A program made the translations under genes and the position numbers. This document shows, piece after piece, positions 26,566 to 40,649 of a DNA stretch of 64,000 nucleotides; position 1 is the stretch's first letter; the number at the start of each line of letters is the position of its first letter. The stretch is from the NCBI GenBank assembly GCA_964247055.1, contig OZ176054.1, forward strand, positions 8,804,001 through 8,868,000, read 5' to 3'. Under the pieces are notes generated by a model. That model was not told the origin of the DNA. It was given only the letters and a program-made list of their open reading frames with translations, and did not search any database. The stretch comes from Paragordius varius. Taxonomy: Eukaryota; Animalia; Nematomorpha.

Positions 26566-27775
26566 TGAAATCAAGCAAACAATAATTAAATTTTAACCAA
26601 AACAACCTTTAAAAGACTAGTTTAGTGTAAAATATATGTATAAGTAAAAAGACACCCCATCTAATATATTTCCAACAAATAAATTAAGTATTAATATATT
26701 TCAAAAATAATTAAAAAATAAAAATAATTTATAATGTTATAAAAATTCGTATCATTCTGCGTTATAATATTGATCGAGCAAGCTCAAAAAATTTAATTGA
26801 AAATGCGCAAGAGGAAAAGGCGGACATAAATGAAAAATTAGCAATTTCAATTAAAAATGTTTATTCTTTCGTTAACCTAAAAATGTAATAGAAAATAAGG
26901 GATGGATTATCTCTAATAATAATAATAATATTTAAATATTTTTTGCTTCTCTAGGCGCTAATACTTTTATCCTTATACACATAAGCTGGTTATAAATTAT
27001 TTAAAATTTTGTACAGAATCATGACCATATTAATAACAAATTGAATAAATACCAGCTAGGCCTGTTATAATGATAATATAGGCCAAATATTTAAAAATAT
27101 TATTATAACTAAATTGGGTTACCATATTATATCGTAAATATATTAAATTAGATTTTCAATCAAATTCAATTTTTATCATAGATAAGGAATTAGAAACGAA
27201 GTTTTAACGATTATATTTTTGATTTTCACATAAATGTATTAAAAAATATTATTAATCACCCATCCGATTAAGAACTTAATTTTATCGGGTCATTATATAA
27301 AATAGGTTTTCTGTTTGTGTTTATGCAAAATGATAGTTATAACATTTAATTATATTACATGGCATAAACTTTTATTTCCAAATAATTTGAACGAACACGA
27401 CATGTTTGTAACGTCAGTCCCGTAGACCCCACAATGAGGTCTAGCGAATAAATAATTTAAAAAATTTCTTTTTCGCATTTTTTATGCAACGATATCATAT
27501 CTATTTTGAGAAATTAAACTGATTTTTTAACTTATTATGCTGAAATAAAATTATATTTTTATAAAAACAATATGGGATAAAACTTTATTTATGAAATAAT
27601 ATGATAATTTCAATTTTTATATCGATGAATTACATATATATTTATATATTAGTAAGTAAGTACACGTTGCTAGTTCTTTAATTATTGCCAGATAGCATTT
27701 TCAGAAAAGGGCAATATTGGCTTAAAGTTATTTTTTTTAGCCTTAAATACAGTGTGAGTATATATTATTAAAAAG

Positions 27776-27990
27776 TTATTAATTATTGCCAAATAATAAA
27801 TACAACAAAGGGCAGTATTATTGGCTTGTAGTTATTTTTTTACTTTTTACTATTATTAGCCAAAAATACTACTATTTGGCAATTAACTTTCTAGCAATGT
27901 ATACTTACTCATACTGTAATTCTCTTTGCTGCGTATGCTATCCGGCAATATTATATAAAAAACTAGCAATGTATACATACTCATATTGTA
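27776..27990. repeat. Dispersed repeat with three same-strand copies (27776-27922, ~42655-42822, ~47146-47272)
   Basis: Shared AAAGGGCAGT(A/T)TTATTGG..ACTATTATTAG..AACTTTCTAGCAATGTATACTTACTCATACTGTA. This copy repeats its last block ~71 bp downstream. Confidence 0.7.
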
Positions 27991-28560
27991 TATTCCATAG
28001 GAAAATAAATACAATTAAACAGTTTGAGTTTTTGGGAAACATTTTTGTACGGTTCCAGCTATCGTGCATAAATAATTTTGACTTTACAATCATTCCTGTT
28101 TCTAAATCAATCAAAAGATATAAAATCCATTTTTTTACATCTTTTTAGAATGCGACCCGCCGGATATTTAGAACCCAGAATAAGGCCCATGAACAAACGC
28201 TAACATATGCTTTATAGTAATTACCCACCTTTATATTAATTAATATTAATTTAGGACTTTATCTAAGAGTAGATGTTTAAAAAAGTTGTCACTATTAATT
28301 TGTTTAATATTATCCAAAGTGTGAATAATGTATTAATATATAAATATGAAATTTTAGTTACCATTGTGAAAAACATACAATTGAGCCCATAAATATATAT
28401 TTATTACATCAAAATCAATTACATTAAGTGTTTCACAATATATAGAATAATTATCATAAATAAAAACCAATTTCATTAATATATGTTGCAACACGTTACA
28501 CTAATAATGTATTGGCACTTAATTAGTATATTGCAATGAAAAAGTATGTTGGTGTAGATT

Positions 28561-31014
28561 TTAACGAATCCTACTTGGTTCATAAAAGGTGGATGTTCTT
28601 TCCAAACTGGATACCGCAAAAGATCCTTCGCTACTTTCATGTCTCTTTTTTCTTTTGGAAAAAAATATTTTATTTTTACGATTATTATTACCATGTTTGC
28701 CTTTAACACTGGCACGATCAATAGTAATTTTGAGTTTTGTTGCCGGATTATTAGAAGAAAACTTTGTAGTGGTATTATTGGATTGTCTGGCATGTTTTAT
28801 GGAAAGGTCCTTACCTTTATCATTAATCTTGCTACGATCTAACCAGGATGGTAGTAAACATTGAAGTGTTAAATAATAATTAAAATACTTTCGAAAGGTT
28901 TTACTTATGAAGTATAATGCAATCGGATTGATGCAAGAGTTGGAATATGAGCACACAAAACCAACAATCTTAAAATAATGCCAAAACATATTGTAATGAC
29001 TTTGGGCATGAGGATAGCAAAAGAACCACATGGTGACAATGTGATATGGAAGCCAACAAATTAGAAAAATTCCAATAAATATCAATACCATTTTGGCTAT
29101 CTTTTTGCGGGATTCCATTTGTTTCTTCAGTCGCAGATTATTAATAAAAGGGTCATTTTTGGAGGATACATCCTCACCTTCGCCAATCGATATAAAGCGT
29201 TTAATATTTTTATCGGGTGGTGGCATGAGAAGTGTATTGTGTCTTTTAAATTGAAACGTTTTAATTTTACTTTGGCTTGCAATCATACTAGTGGCAAGGT
29301 TGTGAAACGAACGAGTAATTCTCGAATTCCGAGATATTTTCGCCCCTCGAGGATTTAGTTTGTCCGAGTTGATTTGGAGGTCAGGATATTTAAGTTCTTT
29401 TATTTTGATATTACCTGGATTCTGTTGCATATTATTTTGTGAAACCAGTGGTAAAAGCGTTGTAACCTTGGGAGATTTATCGTAAAGCATTTTAGTAGCA
29501 TTTGAGTGATTTTTCAAAAGAGTATTATCTAGAGTATTATCATTGAATGGCAATTCGCTTTTTTCCCCAAAATTGTCAGTTAATGAGTGTATAGGAGAGG
29601 GTGATTGAGAAGAGCCTTCAAATCTTTCCAAAATATCATTTTGAGATGTGGATGCTAGGGGTAAATTTAATGAATCATTTATTTGAAAATTTCCTTGAGC
29701 TGAGAAAGAACCACTTTCATTCGTAGATAGGGATGACTGTTGTTGAAAGATTGGAGTTTGGGAAATACTTCTTACCTTATCATGACGAGAAGGCTCATAA
29801 ATATTCACATCATTAGTGTCATTTGTTTGAAGGGGATCACTTTCGTAGGGTATATGTAGATGTTTACCCAAATTAAGATCAGAATATCTGTGATAATCTG
29901 CTCTTTTTGATGGACCAGAGGGGAGTGATAATAATTTATTTTCATTTTGTAAAATATCTCCCGTACTCTGTATCAGTCTTTTAGCCATGAGACAGTAGTA
30001 TACGCTTATGATTAACAATGGAAAAACTAGTAGTATTAAGAATTTGGTTAATGTGTGAAGTTGTGGATATAATATACCATACTTTAATGGGTGAGGGTGG
30101 CATACTTTAACAATTTGCTCCATTTGAATTTCGGCCTCGGGTTGCTCGGCACCTCTATGCTTTCTTTTTTGTGTTATTAATGTTTTGTCATCCAAATATT
30201 TCATGTCATAACTTTTGTAATCGATTAAGTTTATAACGTTGGAATTTAAATTGGATATGAGAGCATTATACTGAGAATATTCTGTTAACTTTGGAAATTT
30301 ATTAATATAGTGATCATTTAGTAGGGAACTAGTTTTTGTATAATTGCCCCAAAAATTGTCAGCTATGTCAGAAATATTTATGTCGTGTTCTGTATTGTCG
30401 TCTCCTTTGTTATCGGGAATTCCAAGAGTTATTATGCGCAGATTGGAAAAGATTCCATCTATAGTTGCCAAAGTCAAACCTAATATCCATATACCAGTGC
30501 ATACCAATATAGTTTTTCGTAAAACGCTCCGTTTACCACCCAAGTAACGGCCCAAGGGATCTATTATAGCGTGATACCTATCAGCACTCAGGGCCGTAAG
30601 TGTGTAAACTGAAATAGCCACTGATAAGGTGCGGAAAAATTGTGTACTCTTACAAATCAATTCCCCGTACGGCCAACTCTCAAACGTGTAAATTGTGCTC
30701 GTGAAGGGCACGCTTATAAGGATGAATGCAAAATCTCCCAAAGATAAATTAAGTATGTACAGGTTTGGAGCATTGTTCCTGAGCGATTTGTGTGACAATA
30801 CAACGTAGATTAAAAGTCCGTTCCCGATGACACCCACCATAAAAATCATTGCAAATATGATTGGTACACCATAGTATTCTGGTCTATGGTTGTATGGCAT
30901 GATTTCTGTAATTTCTTCCTCATCGCTCGCATTTTTATCCATCAATACATCATTCAAAGCGGATACGAAAGATGAATTTATACCTTCTAAAACAGTACTA
31001 TAAACGGTAGTCAT
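28561..31014 (-). CDS. Intronless class A peptide GPCR, bombesin/endothelin/CCHamide (excitatory peptide) receptor family, 817 aa
   Basis: GVIGNGLLI (TM1), PNLYILNLSLGD..SVPFTSTIYTFESWPYGELICK, SVYTLTALSADRY (TM3), CWLPYH (TM6), SNSCINPIALY (TM7). These signatures are typical of bombesin/CCHamide receptors. The 2454-nt ORF is uninterrupted in very AT-rich DNA. Confidence 0.9.
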   Translation of the reverse strand: MTTVYSTVLEGINSSFVSALNDVLMDKNASDEEEITEIMPYNHRPEYYGVPIIFAMIFMVGVIGNGLLIYVVLSHKSLRNNAPNLYILNLSLGDFAFILISVPFTSTIYTFESWPYGELICKSTQFFRTLSVAISVYTLTALSADRYHAIIDPLGRYLGGKRSVLRKTILVCTGIWILGLTLATIDGIFSNLRIITLGIPDNKGDDNTEHDINISDIADNFWGNYTKTSSLLNDHYINKFPKLTEYSQYNALISNLNSNVINLIDYKSYDMKYLDDKTLITQKRKHRGAEQPEAEIQMEQIVKVCHPHPLKYGILYPQLHTLTKFLILLVFPLLIISVYYCLMAKRLIQSTGDILQNENKLLSLPSGPSKRADYHRYSDLNLGKHLHIPYESDPLQTNDTNDVNIYEPSRHDKVRSISQTPIFQQQSSLSTNESGSFSAQGNFQINDSLNLPLASTSQNDILERFEGSSQSPSPIHSLTDNFGEKSELPFNDNTLDNTLLKNHSNATKMLYDKSPKVTTLLPLVSQNNMQQNPGNIKIKELKYPDLQINSDKLNPRGAKISRNSRITRSFHNLATSMIASQSKIKTFQFKRHNTLLMPPPDKNIKRFISIGEGEDVSSKNDPFINNLRLKKQMESRKKIAKMVLIFIGIFLICWLPYHIVTMWFFCYPHAQSHYNMFWHYFKIVGFVCSYSNSCINPIALYFISKTFRKYFNYYLTLQCLLPSWLDRSKINDKGKDLSIKHARQSNNTTTKFSSNNPATKLKITIDRASVKGKHGNNNRKNKIFFSKRKKRHESSEGSFAVSSLERTSTFYEPSRIR

Positions 31015-34000
31015 AGAAGTTTATGTGATTTTACGCGTGATATTTTTGCAGGATTCGGCCACTATTTAGATGCGTAGATTTTGTAGCCATATAAAAAGTG
31101 TCAAATATCATTTTTGTTATTGCGGTCATCACACAGTTTTAATGGTGGTTAAACATAGAACTAGATATTAAAAAATAGATTATTATTTTAACGATTATTA
31201 TTATAACATAGGTGTGAACAATTTAGATGCTAAAGTATCTGATAGAAAATATATATTATATAACATATTGTTTGTCAAATTTTCTATTTAATTTCAATTT
31301 TTTATGTATATGATCGATACAAGGCCATTTTTCATGCATGGGGAAGTAACTCATTACGTAGGATGATATATGCGCTTTTAGTTTAGAGCTTTTTATATTA
31401 CTCATATGCTTTTAAATAATATTAAAAGAATAATATGTACATCCATTTTTAATGAAATTCTTTTCCATTAAAAACATTGTAAAATTATGGCATAAACCAG
31501 AATATAGCGATAAAATGCAAAAGAGAGTTTTATTTTTGATTCTGTAGCAAAAAAAGGGACAGGAAAAACTCTTATATCATCACCGGACAAAGCATCTCAA
31601 AAATATTTTATGACATTTGTTAGGTAGGATGTGCACATTTTTTTCTATATGTTTGAATAATCTAATAGGCGAAAAATGGTAAGTAAAAGAGACATCTAGC
31701 TCCAATTTATAATTGGACTAAAATTAAATTCGTATTTGTATTTAACTTAAGTATTTATTACATTTTTAATTATGCATATTTTGCTAAAATGTTTTTATCG
31801 CTTGTCGTTCGATATAAATTTGGACACTTGGTATAGAATTGTAATCTGCAAGCTAGCTAAATATATATAGATATAGATATAAATAATTTATATGATTAAC
31901 TGGATACATATAAAATAAATTCTTAGCTGTTGTTAGTCGTCAACCAAAAAAAATCATTTTCAATATATACTAATATTTATAAGATATTAAGCCAGGGCAT
32001 GAAAAATGAATCAATTTTCTATTTATACTGAGAAGATTAAAATTAAACCAAGATTTTCCGTTGAAACATTCGATATAATTATTGTCTACTGTTAAATTGA
32101 AAAAATTTTGTTTGTTTCCATTTCAGCGAATGACATCCAAAAAATATTAATTTTTTATTTAATTCTTATTAGGAATAGGCATGTAAGCGCATTTTTTACT
32201 TGCCAGTAAAATGGATGACCCATTATATTAATGATATGGTAACAAAAAGTTGTGTCGTGTGTGCATTAATAATACATAATTTTAAATTGACATGAATGGA
32301 GCTTTCAACCTAAAGTAATGTAAACAATTTATCATCAAAACAATTTTGGCAGTTCTCCCGTTTAGCTTAAAAGGGGTTAAATAAAGCTAAATGAAAAAAA
32401 ACAGTTAAAGGTGAAGCCAAAAAAAGAAATATTAATGATGTTTAATTTTGTTAAATTGCTAATTATAGATAATGGAATTCATTATTATTTTTATTTAGTA
32501 AAAAAAGGGCAAGAGGTTAACTTTTGTAGTGTAAATGATAAAGTTTGCATAATAAATTAGAACCATCCTCATAAATATAAATAGAGGATATTTGGATTGG
32601 TCACAAGAAAAATCTAATTTTTTAAGGATAATTACCATTTTTTTATTTTTTTTCAAAGTAAACTTTTTTTAACAAACGAGGTAATTTTTTGTTTTTATTT
32701 TTTTTTGATAAATAATTTATTCCGAAAAATCCTTTGACTTTTACATTTTAAATCTAATTATGATGAGGATAAGAGTTTGTAAATCTGTTATCTTGGTTAG
32801 ATTTTAAGGGAAAGAACGTGTGATATAAGATAAATATTCGTAAAGTAAAAAACGGTTTTTCCCCTATGTAAATTACAAAATAATATTCGGCTGGCATATA
32901 TATAAAATAAAATTGTACTTTTATATAAAAATAATAAATCTTGAAAATTTAAGCATCCATATAAAAATATTAATATATGATTTGAAATATTAGACTGAGA
33001 ATTAAGGTACAATAAGAAAAATCAATTTTTTATATCCGCTGTTAACTATCGACACTAAATTTATTATTTTGGTAAAATAATTAAATACACACCGTTCAAT
33101 AATATATTTATCAATAAGGTAAATATCTAATGAGGGGTATCCAACACAATTCGTTTCACGGGCCGCATTTGCAAAATATATGGGCATTAACATATACTTT
33201 ATTAGAATTTAAACACAAGACTATAAAAAATACAAATCGTTTCATTTTTTGCTAATTCATTGCCAAAATTCGGAAAGGTTTATTGAGAAAATTTGTTTAA
33301 GAAAATCTATTTTACTTGGAAGTCGTAAAATTTTGTATTTTAAATTTCTCGCGGGTCGCATAAATATCTTGGAGGGCCTAGTGTGAGAAACGCCTGATCT
33401 AAATTATATGTTGCTTATCGATTGGTCTGATAATCACCGCCATTCATAACGATTTAAGTATAAAAAATTGAATTACAGTAAATTTAAAATATTTGACCTT
33501 ATATATACCCAATATTTTTCATTGGCGTTGCTTTCAACGCAAACGTTTAAATCTTTGCTAGTTTCATAGCACTGTGTTACCGATATTTTCCATGCAAAAG
33601 GATTCGTTTCCATCTTGTTTTAATTATATTAAGATTCATCAATTTGTCTTATAGTTAAAGAAACTTTAATTAAAAGTAATTAGGAGTGTTAAACTTTATC
33701 AAAAACAGATACATCACTTAAAATTGTATAATAAGCAAGGGAATTTTGGAGGATTATTTTAAATAGATATAGTAGCGGTTCTTTTATATACTGCAAGAAA
33801 GGCATAAAAAGCTTAGCCTTATAATCTTAGGTTTATTTTCACGCAATAATCTATAATAATAAAAGTGTAACTGTGTACGAATCTTATTAGATTTTAAGGT
33901 TTGAGAACCAATGATTATAGTACCAGCTTAAAAAATCAATGGTAATGTTAAATTGCAGCGGGGAAAATAAAAATAAAATTACTTTAGTGTGCATTAAAAA

Positions 34001-34971
34001 TTAAAGGATATGTAAGAAAACAATCCTAATTTCAAAAAATTTCAGCTGAAAAATGGGGTTCTTAACGTACATAAGCGAAATAAATGCAAAAAAACCGCCT
34101 AGCGTGTGCATAAGTTATAATAAAAAATAAAGACATTTATACATTTAAATCTTAAAAAAGAACTAAAATAAATCTTGAATTTTTTTGATATTGGAATAAA
34201 GATAATTTGTATGTAATATTAACCAGAGTTGTATTCAATGGTTTCTAATAGTTTAGACAGTTTTAATATGACAAATTTTATTTGGGTGTAAAATGTATGT
34301 AAATATATTAAAAAATTGTAAAAAGTTAACGATTAAAAAGACATTACGTAAACTTATGATGACCATTAAAATTTTGATAATGTTGGCGATATAAAAAAGA
34401 TGTGAATAGCTATCGTCAGGTTTCTTTTCATTAATGTAAGGGAAGAAAAGAGATAAAATTTACTTAGTGCAATTTTACGGAAAAAATACCTTAATGAGCA
34501 ACATTATGGTTTAATTACAATTGGGCAGATAGTGCATTGCATTGAAACGATTAATATACAGTTCATTTGGTATATTTTTTTAAGAGAAGAATGATTACTT
34601 TTCTCCAAAGACTATCACCCCCAAAAGTAATTCAGTTCTTTAAGCATAAATATTTTTATCTTAGAGAGCAAAAATTTTATATTTTATCTTTATTTAGTGT
34701 CATAAGACAACAAATTTAAATATACTAAAGTTTATTAACCATGACAATCATCGTTTTCGTTTCAGTCCTGTAACGGGTATTTGGGCACAACATTTTTGTG
34801 TTAAAATATAGCAAATTGCATCTTATATAAATTCAGCATACCATATTTTATAAAGTAAGAACTGCGCAAGTTTTTGCCTCTATTTGGATTATATGATGCC
34901 TTGGATTAAATTTTTATTAAAAACATAGACCTTATTAGATATATTTTTGAATTATGATGCAAGACGACATA

Positions 34972-36254
34972 CAGGGGCGTACCGAGGGGGGGGCAAGGGG
35001 GTGCATCATGCCCCGGGCGCCGTTATTTAGGGGCGCCTAAATGATTTTTTAAAATTGAATTTTAATTATGCAAAAATAATAAGAACTTTCAAATGAGATT
35101 TTTTAGCAATTAGGTAATAATCCTTAAAATATATACTCTATATTATTCACGTAATTAGTACCATAAAACAGAATGACTTAACATTGTTGAGAGTGGAAAA
35201 AGAAAAATATGATAGATTTTAATAATATAATTGATATTTTGCAATATCCAAAGCCAGAAAAATTTTTACACAAAAGATATTTTTTCTCTTAGTTGCTTTT
35301 TTCCTTTCCAAGTGATAAAATCATATAATTAATATTTTATTAAATAAAATGCATTATAATTCTGTTTATGTATTGTAAAATTCTCCTATTACAATTATTT
35401 CATTATTGTTCGCCATTATCATAAGATCAATTCAATATATGCAACAAAAACATTTTTATATATAACTAGCGAACATCTCGGGGGGCGCTATAAAAAAGTA
35501 TTTCGAAACATTATTTAATAGCTATGATCTCATAAAATTTTAAAACGGTGCATTCATACTAATATATTGTTTACTTGGGCCAAACGGTCTCATACCTAGG
35601 GCGAAAAATAGATTCAAAAAATTATTTTTGTGGACAATTTTTTTGAAAAAAATGGCATTTTACGGGGGGAGCGGGTAAAAAGGGGGCCGAAATTAAAAAA
35701 GCGAGCCGACTATGTTTGGCGCAATTGAAATAAGTAAAAAAAGTATATGTGAAATCGAATGGTCTAACACGTTTTCAGCATAATTGTCTCAAAGAACGAT
35801 TTTTCAAAACCCGTTTTTTACACGGCGTGGACCCGAACTGGGGGCCTAATTCAAAAAAAGACGAAGTTATTGTCGGGGCATTCATTAATGATTATATAAT
35901 TTCGACATTTGGATATGAATGGGTCTACCGGTTTTCCGAAAACATACAAAGCCGCATTTTCCATTTTTATAAACATATAGATTTTACAAGTTAAAAAACA
36001 TTTTTTGTTAAATTTTAATTTTATCACTCGCGACCCCATAATTTTGCTACGCGACCCATAGTTTAAGAAGCCCTGATATAGACATATATATAAATTTAAA
36101 ATTTATATGACTGTGATGTCCTATCTATGGTGATTAGGTTACAACGTTTGTATTTTTTTTTACTAAATTGTATTATTGGCTTTTAAAAAAAAGGGGGGGG
36201 GGGCGCCATAAAATTTTTATGCCCCGGGCGCCGCAAATGCTCGGTACGCCACTG
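34972..36254. mobile_element. Non-autonomous hAT element with perfect 8-bp TSD
   Basis: Left end CAGGGGCGTACCGAG and right end CTCGGTACGCCACTG, with subterminal GCCCCGGGCGCC on both sides. Flanked by ACGACATA at 34964-34971 and 36255-36262. Contains nested repeats at ~35500-36075. Confidence 0.9.
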
Positions 36255-39200
36255 ACGACATACATCATTCTATGGCCAATAATTGTATATTAGTTATGAA
36301 TTATATAATTTAGTTTTAAGGATTTATTGATTTAATTTTTATGCAATTGATTGATCATGTATATCTTTATTATTTAAAAACATATAATGATTAATTAATT
36401 ATATCATGTTAGTATAGTTTAAAAATAATTAATTTTTGTTTATTTTGTGTCAAATGTCAAATTTAATAGGAAAAATTATATATGTAGATTTTTTATGATA
36501 TTTCTGTTTTCATGGTATCGTGTTACAATCGAATTCTACTAATGTTCAAACTAAGAGTAAAAACAAATCATTTCATAAGAAACAAATATAATGTAATTAA
36601 TTGAACTTTCGACTAACTTACAACAACATGTATTTTGGCGGAAAACAAATTGACTGTTATTAATTATATATTTTTTATATACTTGTAAAAAAGTACAAAT
36701 ATAAATTCCAAGCTGCCAAGCCGTAAATAAAACTAATATATAATAGCAATGGAAAAATCAAATTATTTATGTAAAAACGATTTTGCCAACATTCATAATT
36801 TAATAACATAGGTTTTAAAAAAACATAATTTTGATTCAAATTTATTGTAACCTTAAATTTATTATCTTAATAAGTTAGCCTCAGTAAATACGCATTGTAT
36901 TAGGTTGACATTTAGCGAAAAGTCCACTCACTTAAGTCAAATTTTGTATGATAAACATTCAAATTTTCTAATATTAAAAAAATAAAAACATGGTTGATTT
37001 AAATATAATCGAAAAATGATGTCCACATTGGCGTAAATAATGCTAATATTTTTTCGTAATAAATTTTAAAATAGCTATTATAAAAATTATTATGCTACAT
37101 TATTTTTATTAGTTTGGTTTTTCATTCATCATTAATCAATTTTTCTATTTAGCTAACAATTTTTTGGCATTTCTAATTATTGGTATATTAAAAAAAATAA
37201 TAAGTAACATAATTTATAGTTTATCAAAATTACATTCGATTTAAATAATGAAAATTTATTTATTTATTTTATGGAAAAAACTGTGATAATCTGTTAAACG
37301 ATTATATTGATTTAAAATAAATTTAATGGGTTTTTAATTAAAAATATATTATGAAAATAAATATATGCAATTTTATTAATAGTTAAAATAATCGTAATAG
37401 ATAATGATGAAATCATTAATAATTCAATTGTGATACCATAATCTAGATATTAATTTTTTTCGATAATTTAGCTACAAAAGTGATAATGTGAAATATGAAT
37501 TGACATCTAAATTTGTATATTTATTTAATTTCCAAAAATCAAAAATATAGCCACATAAACGCAAAAAACTGAATCGCTCAAACGCAGTATTTGAAATGAT
37601 TGGATCTGAGAGAAATTTGTTTTAGAGTCTATAAAATTTATAGATTGACTAAAATTTTAAAGGTGGGCTTTCACAAATATTATTTCTTAAACGATACTAA
37701 ACTTATGACGCTCATCTTTTTAAAGTTGCATACCTAAAGCTATCATTAGAATTTGCAATACTAATTAATATGTAATTTCTAATAGTCTTAAACACAGACA
37801 AAACACCCTAACTTAATTGGGTTTTGATGTTTAAATTTTTGGTCAATCAGCGATATATAAATTATGAAGAGCAAAGAGTTTTGAATTGTTTAATATTTAA
37901 GTATCTTTTTAGCCGTAATAACTTAATATAGTTATTAAAATACACTAAAATATATCTCAAGAAAATACCATATTAAATCAAATAAAAACGGTTAGCATAT
38001 TAACCAAAATCACTTCAAAAATTAAGAAAAATTTGCAAAACATAAAGGGGCCTTATGTAACAAAACGACGATTTTAATTTCGCTATTGCAGCATGTAATG
38101 TAAATATCATAAATCTGTTTAAAGCTTTATATATAAACTTGATTTCAATTGGTCACCTAAATTAACATTTATTTTTATCTCCAAAATCAAATATATTCTT
38201 TGTAATAAAAAAATTCATATATCAAATAATACGGAAATGTTTCTGAAAAAAAATCGTTCAAAAACGAATATGTATGTTAATATCTGGTAAAAAGTGAATT
38301 TATATCTCCTCATGCATATTTATTATTATACGAAACTAGTCACAGTATCAAAATATATTTTTTCTAAATGTTATTTTTATAATATTAAATTAACTATCTA
38401 ACCACTTTTATTTACCGTTTGCATAATGCAAAAAAATATATAAAACAAAGTAGCGTTTAGGGAATCAAAAATATATATATATATATAATAAAAAAATAAT
38501 TAAAAATCTCTCTAAACACAGGACAACCTTGCTAAGATAAAACTTAATTTAGTATTATTATTTTTTTTATAATAGGACAAAGTTATAAATAATTAGTATT
38601 CTTTTGTTAGTTTAATAAATTTTAAATTTTCGGTTTTATATTTTAGATTTTATTGATTCCAATAGTAATTAACATGTTATTTGTCAACTTTGGAGGGCTT
38701 AATTCCATTCAAAAATGTATTTTCAAAATTTATAAGATATTTAATCAATCAAAACTCATTAGGGTTAGAAAATTACGCATAAATTATGAATTTACATAAA
38801 TATATATTATTTTTTTGACATATTTTATATTATCAAGTATATGTTTATACACCATTTTGTAATATCTTTTTTTAGAGATTTCATAAATTAATATTTGAAA
38901 CGTACAAAAATAATATGAAAGTTACATTAATCATTTTTCATATTACAATACCAGATATATCTAATCTTGGTTACTCTAAAGTTAAATAGCTGCAAGGACG
39001 TCCAAATATCAAATTATAATTTAACAAGCATGTGCGACAAAAAAGCCATATCAAATAAATTAATTTTGAGCACCAATAACGGACAAAAACTATAACATAT
39101 TTAAACTAAAAATACAATCCCATTTTAATATTTAAAAAATCGGGGTTCCAAAGGAAGCTATACGATATGATTATTTTTTTAAATAGTAATACTACCTTTT

Positions 39201-39839
39201 TAACATTAAGAATCTCTGAATATATGCTGAAATAGAGGTGAAGAAGGGTAAAATTATATAAATAACGTCTTTAAAATAATATATATATTTTGGTGAATAT
39301 TTTGTACAAATACTAAGAATAAAAAAATATTAGAATTAAAAATTAAAAGGCAATTTTAATATTGTGCAACATTATATATTGCCTGCATCATGCAATACAA
39401 TATTGCTTTATAGTTATTTGTGATTAAATTTTTTTGCTAGAAATTTAATATATTTTTTGTTATTGTACTTTTGCAAAAATAGGGAGGGGGTGACAAAATC
39501 ACAAACAATGTATTATTTTTATTTATATTGGAAATATTGGAAATTATAAGCGTATATAAATTTGTGTTTATATGTTTCTATGTTACTTACTAACATAATT
39601 TGAAACGGTTGTCGTTTTTAACAAGCGTTTCAACATCAAAGATAACCTCAGGAATATTTTAGCGATATCAATAACATAATAATAAAAACTTTTAAAATGT
39701 ATAAAATTTATTTTTTTTGTGTGGCACTCCAAAATCGATTGTATGGGTTACATAAGATTTTTTCGTTTTTATCTGTTACATATTAAATTGAAAGTGTAAA
39801 AGTAAAAATTTAATGGCGATTGTTCCCAATGAAATAGAG

Positions 39840-40030
39840 CATGCACATTAGTGTGGTCGATTCACATTATTGTTGGCCAATTGATAATAGAATAGCGTAT
39901 GATATATATATATACAAACATTATCCATAATTAAATAATACTAATTTTCTAAGGTAGGAAAAAATTGTAATTTCCTTTTCAACCATTTGTTGTTTAATCG
40001 GCTCAAAATAATGTGAATTGACCTACCTGA
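39840..40030. repeat. Small palindromic MITE-like repeat; second copy at ~41716-41945
   Basis: ATTCACATTATTGTTGGCCAA at ~39860 has its reverse complement TTGGCCAACAATAATGTGAAT at ~41908. The 41716-41945 copy has imperfect inverted arms. Confidence 0.55.
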
Positions 40031-40649
40031 ATGGCATACTGTATCATTCGTGATGTTAGCAAGTTTAACACATTGATATTCTAAAAACAGTAGTCTATGG
40101 TATAAAAACTTTTGTCTTAAATCAACAATTAGTAGAATTTGTATTGCCAAATGACCATGAATTAGTCCGAACCACATAATCTTGCCTAAATAATTCTATA
40201 TGTTTCATATTTTTTTAGGCCTTAAGTTTCTTCAATTTACTAAATATGGTGGGACAATACCCACGGAATAATTTAATCAAACCGCTATATACACATAAAT
40301 AATGTATTTCAAGCCACTATGTATGAATATAACGTAAAATATCGATTCAACTCCATTATTACGAGTTATATTAAGGTAAAAAGCCAGTATAGAAGCTAGA
40401 TGATGTTATATTAACGATTATCGAGACATATCTATGTAAACAGTAAAGAGCAAAATATTTTAAATTTATATATTAAAAAATTCTGGTGTAATCAGTGAAG
40501 ATATATTAGGTATTTTTTGAAGGCCAGTTAAAGCAACTATTGAAAGATAATGTGAGTATTAGATTACATAAATACCAGATGTATTTATAAGTTTTTACCC
40601 GTTATCTAAGTACAAATTGTTAAAAGGAAATCAGTCATTTATTTTATTA

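Noticed and set aside
27786-28148. 120-aa ORF with a duplicated LAMYTYSYC
   Set aside because: It is derived from a dispersed repeat found three times in the window, with an internal duplication and no protein motif.
35749-36039. ORFs inside the hAT element (transposase?)
   Set aside because: No DDE, BED or dimerisation motifs; the sequence is a nested non-coding repeat also found at ~59.9-60.3 kb.
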